Below, piece after piece: positions 59,151 to 64,000 of a stretch of DNA of 64,000 nucleotides (positions are counted from its first letter, which is position 1; every line of letters begins with the position of its first letter). The DNA is from an uncultured Actinomycetes bacterium (GTDB lineage Bacteria; Actinomycetota; Thermoleophilia; UBA2241). The translations under genes were made by a program, and so were the position numbers. Under the pieces are notes generated by a model that was not told the origin of the DNA, ran no database searches, and saw nothing but the letters and a program-made list of their open reading frames with translations. Where the stretch lies: contig CAVWIH010000027.1 in assembly GCA_963755025.1 (NCBI GenBank), forward strand, positions 1-64,000, written 5' to 3'.

Positions 59151-60398
59151 CTACGTCTGCGGCGTGCGCTCGAGCTCGTCGGCGAGCTGCTCCACGAACA
59201 GGCCGACGTCGGTGACCACGCCGATCGTCTGAAAGCTGCCCCGGTCGGCGAGCTTGGTGACCACCGCCGGGTTGATGTCGACGCACACGGTGTGCACGGC
59301 GGCCGGCAGCAGGTTGCCGGTGGCGATCGAGTGCAGCATGGTCGAGAGCATGAGGCAGGCGCCGGCGCGCTGCGCGTAGGCGCGCATCGCGCGCTGCGCT
59401 TCGAGCACGTCGGTGATCACCTCGGGCAGCGGCCCGTCGTCGCGGATCGAACCGGCCAGCACGAAGGGCGTGCCGGTCGTCACCAGCGTGTGCATGAGGC
59501 CCGAGCGCAGCACGCCCTGGTCGACGGCGGCGGCGATGCCGCCGCAGCGGCGGATGGTGTTGATGGCCCGCAAGTGGTGCTCGTGGCCGCCGGGCGTGGG
59601 CATGCCGGTCTTCATGTCGATGCCCAGCGAGGTGCCGAAGAGGTTCGACTCGATGTCGTGCGTGGCGACCGCGTTGCCGCCGAACAGGGCGCCCACGTAA
59701 CCCGCGCGAATGAGGCGCGCGAGCTGGGCGGCCGACCCGGTGTGGACCACGGCGGGGCCGACCACCGCGATCGTCAGCTTGCCTTCGTCGCGCACGCGGC
59801 GCAGCAGGCGCGCCACCTCGCGCACGATCTGCGCCTTGGGCTTTTCGCTCGACACCGCCGAGGCCATGAACTCGAAGGGCTGGCTTTCGCGGGGCCGCGC
59901 CAGGGGCACCACGCGAATGCCGTGGTGGCCCACGACGAAGAGCTCTCCGGCGGCCACATCGGAGAGCGGCAGGGTCTCGGCGCGGGGACCGTCGGCGCCG
60001 ACCGCGGGCCGTACGCGCACGCCGCAGTCCATCTCTGGTCCCTCGACGCGCAGCCACTCGCCGTCGAGCCGCACGTAGGTCTCGAGGTTGGTCGTCGAGT
60101 AGAACTCGTCGGGGAACACGCCGTCGGCCGGCGCCGGCGCAAGCACGGCGTCTTCGGGCGCCACGGCCACGGCGCCGTGCTCCTGCACAGCCGTGAGGAT
60201 CTCTTCGAGGTGCGCCCGGTCGCGGCCGTGTATGCGGATGACGGCCCGCGAGATGTCGGTCTGGGTGCGTCCCACGTCGAACGAGAGGATCTCGAACTCG
60301 CCCTCGAGGTCCATGACGTCGTCCATGATCTGGGGCACCATCAGCGAGTCGATCAGGTGGCCCTCGATGCGTACGTCTTCGTAAGGTTTCTCAGTCAT
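59151..60398 (-). CDS. TIGR00300 family protein (LOR/SDH-related; archaeal/ArgZ-type ornithine cyclodeaminase)
   Basis: EGHLIDS, FYSTTN, EMDC, FEFMASAVSSEKP, GPAVVHTG, GNAVATHDIE, LAGSIRDDGPLP, TMLHSIATGN, KLADRGS. Confidence 0.88.
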   Translation of the reverse strand: MTEKPYEDVRIEGHLIDSLMVPQIMDDVMDLEGEFEILSFDVGRTQTDISRAVIRIHGRDRAHLEEILTAVQEHGAVAVAPEDAVLAPAPADGVFPDEFYSTTNLETYVRLDGEWLRVEGPEMDCGVRVRPAVGADGPRAETLPLSDVAAGELFVVGHHGIRVVPLARPRESQPFEFMASAVSSEKPKAQIVREVARLLRRVRDEGKLTIAVVGPAVVHTGSAAQLARLIRAGYVGALFGGNAVATHDIESNLFGTSLGIDMKTGMPTPGGHEHHLRAINTIRRCGGIAAAVDQGVLRSGLMHTLVTTGTPFVLAGSIRDDGPLPEVITDVLEAQRAMRAYAQRAGACLMLSTMLHSIATGNLLPAAVHTVCVDINPAVVTKLADRGSFQTIGVVTDVGLFVEQLADELERTPQT

Positions 60399-60456
60399 CG
60401 CCTGCGATTATCTCCTAACTGGCGTCGATGTCCTTGGCGGCTCGCGCGCCGGCGCT

Positions 60457-61431
60457 TCAGCCGGCGTCGCGGTCGGTCGTCCGCTCGATCGGCACGAGCG
60501 CCTCGGCGGGCGCCTCGTTCTCGGCGCCGCCCGCTCCCGGCAGCAGCTCGATCAGCAGCATGCCGCCGAAGATCAGCGACGCCCCGGTGAGCATGCGCCA
60601 GGTCACCGTGTCGAGGCCCGCGATCACGCCGGCGACGGCGGCGAAGACGCTCTCGAAGCAGAGCAGCACGGCGGCGTGCGTCGAGCTTGTGTAGCGCTGC
60701 GCCCACGACTGGATGAAGAAGGCGTAGATGGTGCCCGAGAGCGCCGTCCAGAGGATGGCCGCCCAGGCCTGCCAGCCGAGCGCCAGCGTGAGGTGCGCCA
60801 CGAACGGTGTGATGACCAGCAGGATGGCGGTCGACACGGCCATCTGCGTGACCGCCAGGGTCGAGGGCGGCACCTTGGGCGCGAAGAAGCCGGTGGTCAT
60901 GATGTGCAGGCCGTAGAGCAGGGCGCCGAGCAGCGTGAGGGCGTCGCCCCAGCTCACCGTGAGGTTGCCGCGCAGCGACAGAAAGCCCAGTCCGGCGGTC
61001 GCCACGAAGGCGCCCAGCACCTGGAACCAGCCCGGCGAGCGCCGCGACACCGCCCAGTACAGGAACGGCACCATGGCCACGCTGAGCCCGGTGATGAAGC
61101 CCGACTTGCCGGGCGTCGTGTACTGCAGGCCGATGGTCTGCACGACCAGGGCGGTGAGGTAGAAGCCGCCCAGCAGGCCGCCCATACGCCACTGCGCCCG
61201 CGTCGCGCGCAGCAGCGCCCGCGGCTGGATCGCCGAGAAGATGACCGTCGCCACGACGTAGCGAAAGAGCAGGTAGACCATGGTGCCGGCCACCACGCTC
61301 TTGGCGATCGGGCTGACGGCGTCGGTGGTGCGTTCGGTGACGTGCTTGATGACCACGAAGTTGACGCCCCAGAAGACCGCCACCGAAAACAGCGCGAGGT
61401 CGGCGACGAGGGCTTTGCGGCGCGACACCAT
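60457..61431 (-). CDS. EamA/DMT family transporter
   Basis: FWGVNF, GLQYTTPGKSGFITGL, AQRYTSSTHAAVLLCFESVFA. Confidence 0.88.
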   Translation of the reverse strand: MVSRRKALVADLALFSVAVFWGVNFVVIKHVTERTTDAVSPIAKSVVAGTMVYLLFRYVVATVIFSAIQPRALLRATRAQWRMGGLLGGFYLTALVVQTIGLQYTTPGKSGFITGLSVAMVPFLYWAVSRRSPGWFQVLGAFVATAGLGFLSLRGNLTVSWGDALTLLGALLYGLHIMTTGFFAPKVPPSTLAVTQMAVSTAILLVITPFVAHLTLALGWQAWAAILWTALSGTIYAFFIQSWAQRYTSSTHAAVLLCFESVFAAVAGVIAGLDTVTWRMLTGASLIFGGMLLIELLPGAGGAENEAPAEALVPIERTTDRDAG

Positions 61432-61556
61432 GGGGCCCATCCTCTCACCCGCCGCGCGGGCGGTCGACCTTGGTCCGGCCGCGGCGACCCTGCCGACGCT
61501 GCGCGGGCGGCGCGCTGCGCAGCGCAGCGGCCGCGGCGCTGAGCGGCGCGGCGGGC

Positions 61557-62342
61557 TTACGCCGTGAAGCCGCCGTCGACCACCCAGGTACGGCCGGTCA
61601 CGAAGCTCGCCTCGTCGCTTGCCAGGAACGCCACGACCGCGGCGAGCTCGGCGGGCTGCCCGATGCGTCCCAGCGGGTAGCCGTCGGCCTGCCACGACTC
61701 GTAAGCCGCGGGGTCGTCGGCGTCGGCGATCGCCTTGGCCAGCATGGGGGTGTCGAAGATCGCCGGAGAGACGCTGCAGACGCGCAGGTTGTCGGGCCCG
61801 TGGTCGATCGCCAGCGTCCGCGTGAGCATGATGACGCCCGCCTTGGCGGCGGCGTAGGCGGCTGCCCCCGGCTCGCCGTGGGTGCCCGAATCGCTCGCGA
61901 TGTTGACGATCACGCCGGAGCGGCGCGGCGCCATGTGCCGGACGGCCTCGCGGCACAGGAAGAAGGTGCCCTTGAGGTTGGTGTCCATAAGCAGGTCGTA
62001 GTCGGCTTCGCTCCACTCGGCGATCGGCTTCTCGGTCCAGATGCCGGCCGAGTTGACGAGGATGTCGAGGTGGCCGTGCTGCGCGACGGCGTCGGCGAAG
62101 AGACGCTCGCACTCGGCGGTGCGGGCGACGTCGCCCAGCACGGTCGAGAAGAGCGCCCCGTCAAAGCCGGCGTCGCCGGCGATGGCGGCCGCGCGCGCCG
62201 CGACCGCGTCGCAGCGTCCCTCGTCGCGGCCGCCCACGGCGACCGACACGCCCTCGGCCGCGAGGCGGCACACGACCGCTTCGCCGAGGCCCGACGACCC
62301 GCCGGTGACGAGCGCCGTCCTGCCCGCAAGACCCTTCAACAT
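61557..62342 (-). CDS. Short-chain dehydrogenase/reductase
   Basis: TGGSSGLG, NSAG, YAAAK, DGG. Confidence 0.92.
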   Translation of the reverse strand: MLKGLAGRTALVTGGSSGLGEAVVCRLAAEGVSVAVGGRDEGRCDAVAARAAAIAGDAGFDGALFSTVLGDVARTAECERLFADAVAQHGHLDILVNSAGIWTEKPIAEWSEADYDLLMDTNLKGTFFLCREAVRHMAPRRSGVIVNIASDSGTHGEPGAAAYAAAKAGVIMLTRTLAIDHGPDNLRVCSVSPAIFDTPMLAKAIADADDPAAYESWQADGYPLGRIGQPAELAAVVAFLASDEASFVTGRTWVVDGGFTA

Positions 62343-62367
62343 CGCACTCCCTCTCTCTCTTCAGCCT

Positions 62368-63822
62368 TCACTCTGCCACGCCGCACCAGCGCATGGTGGC
62401 CAGGGCGACCGCCGCCGCGGTGTCGACGAGCTCCTCGACGGCCACGCACTCGTCGACCGCGTGGGCCGTGTCCATGCCGCCCGGGCCGAACGAGAAGGTC
62501 GGTATGGCGCCGTGCAGGGTGAACGTCGCGGCGTCGTGCCAGGAGTCGAGCCCGCCGACCCGCGACGGCCGCCCCACCGCCGCCGCGGCGTCGAGCACGG
62601 TGCTCACCAGGGGGTGGTCGGCGGCGATCTCGGCGGGCGGCACCTCCCACTCCCACTCCCAGGCGATCGGGTGGGCGGCCAGCCAGGGATCGCTCGCCGC
62701 GGCCCCGTCGATGCGCTCGCGGATCTCGGCCTTGACCGGCTCGGCCCCCAGCGTCGGGTGCCACTGAGCCGGCAGGTAGTGGCAGTCGAGGGTCAGGTGG
62801 CAGAAGGCGGGGTAGGTGACGTCCCAGGTGCCGCCGTCGACCAGGACCGGCACGATGTCGCCGGGGGCGAGCAGGGGGTGGCGCTGGTCGGCGCGCACCC
62901 GCCAGTCGGCGTTGATGCGCCGCACCTCGCTGAGCACCGGCACGAGCTTGTCGATGGCGTTGACGGCGCCGCCCTCGCGCCAGTCGGGCTGGGGCTCCTG
63001 GGAGTGCCCGGCGCGCCCCGGAATGGTGAGTCGCGGCTTGAGGATGCCGCGGCAGGCCACCCAGGCCTCGAAGCCGGTGGGCTCGGCGCACAGGCCCGCT
63101 GCCGGGTGCAAGCCGCGCTCCGCGAAACGGCGCACCACCGACCAGCTGCCGGCGCCCGACGACTCCTCGTCGGTGACCGAGGCGAACACGACCTCGCCGC
63201 CGAGCGCCACACCGGCCCGATGCAGCGCCTCGAGGGCGACGACCAGCGCGGCGAGGCCGCCCTTCATGTCGTTCGTGCCGCGCCCGTAGAGCAGGCCGTC
63301 GCGCTCGGTGACCACGAAGGGATCGCTGGTCCACTGCTCGCGCGGCTCGACGCCGACTGCGTCGATGTGACCGGTGAGCAGCAGGCTGCGCTCCGCGGCG
63401 GCGCGCGCGACGTGCGGCGACGCGGCCGACCCGGCGGCGGCGCGCGCGGCGCGCGGCGACGCGGCCGACCCGGCGGCGGCGGCCGCATCGGCGGCGGCCG
63501 CATCGGCGGCGGCCGTACTGCGCCCCGCCCCCGGCAGACGGGCGATCAGCTGGGGGCGGCCCACGAAGTCGAGCCCGGGCGGCACGAAGCGGCCACCGGC
63601 GCCGGTCGGTGCGGGCTCCCACAGGTCGATCTCGGCGCCCAGCGCGGCGAGGCGCGCCGCCAGCAGGCGCTGAAGCTGCGCTTCAGCGCGGGGCGGCGCG
63701 CCGGCGTCGCGCGCCGTGGTATCGAGGGCGACGAGCTGAGCGACCAGGTCGCAGAGCTCGTCGCGGCCGGCCCGCACGCGGGCCAAGACGCGCTCCTCCA
63801 GGGCTGTGCGTGCCGCGCTCAA
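62368..63822 (-). CDS. ArgE/DapE-family M20 deacylase
   Basis: GHIDAV, YGRGTNDMKGG, DEESSG, EPT, GRAGH, FGPG...AHAVDE. Confidence 0.88.
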   Translation of the reverse strand: MSAARTALEERVLARVRAGRDELCDLVAQLVALDTTARDAGAPPRAEAQLQRLLAARLAALGAEIDLWEPAPTGAGGRFVPPGLDFVGRPQLIARLPGAGRSTAAADAAAADAAAAAGSAASPRAARAAAGSAASPHVARAAAERSLLLTGHIDAVGVEPREQWTSDPFVVTERDGLLYGRGTNDMKGGLAALVVALEALHRAGVALGGEVVFASVTDEESSGAGSWSVVRRFAERGLHPAAGLCAEPTGFEAWVACRGILKPRLTIPGRAGHSQEPQPDWREGGAVNAIDKLVPVLSEVRRINADWRVRADQRHPLLAPGDIVPVLVDGGTWDVTYPAFCHLTLDCHYLPAQWHPTLGAEPVKAEIRERIDGAAASDPWLAAHPIAWEWEWEVPPAEIAADHPLVSTVLDAAAAVGRPSRVGGLDSWHDAATFTLHGAIPTFSFGPGGMDTAHAVDECVAVEELVDTAAAVALATMRWCGVAE

Positions 63823-64000
63823 TAGCTGCCTCGTTGTTCGTCGGCGCCCGGCCGCTGCGGCGCGCGCGACCGGGTGCTCTGCACGAGATCTCTCCGAGCG
63901 ATTCTACGCCCGCACCCGAAGCCCGCCACACGAGAAGGTCCTTCGCCTCACGGCGGCGATACTCGGGAGAGTAGCCGCACCTGCTGTAAGCTTGCCGTGC

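Noticed and set aside
63825-63900. Glycine-riboswitch-like leader (GGAGAG...CGCCGACGAACAA on the minus strand) before the ArgE-like gene
   Set aside because: The 3' CTCTCAGG element and the P3 region are missing and the leader is too short.

Overview
A 64-kb, very GC-rich bacterial chromosomal segment. Gene content and several leaderless TANNNT-N6/7-ATG promoters suggest an actinobacterium with anaerobic metabolism, possibly Thermoleophilia-like; this taxonomy is an inference. It holds about 57 genes and no rRNA, tRNA, CRISPR, integrase or transposase that I could recognise. Most genes are housekeeping or accessory: rlmKL, recQ, dppA, htrA, hemE-hemH-hemY, nadA, lgt, a GH65 phosphorylase, an OmpR-type two-component system, hom, fprA, an acyl-CoA ligase, and an ArgE/SDR/DMT/TIGR00300 cluster. 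The main feature is a 10-kb, seven-gene heterodisulfide-reductase-like operon (23136-33045): HdrB, an HdrA with an embedded GltD/NfnB-like NAD(P)H module, MvhD, a ferredoxin, an HdrA-MvhD fusion, an HdrC-HdrB fusion and HdrC. It contains no hydrogenase, Flx or formate dehydrogenase genes. The two HdrA paralogs differ at the residues linked to flavin-based bifurcation. An AT-rich palindromic operator precedes the operon, and a ~230-nt long-hairpin ncRNA candidate follows it. Many conserved enzymes carry Ala/Gly/Pro-rich or tandem-repeat insertions. About nine genes are broken by small indels that look like sequencing or assembly errors.
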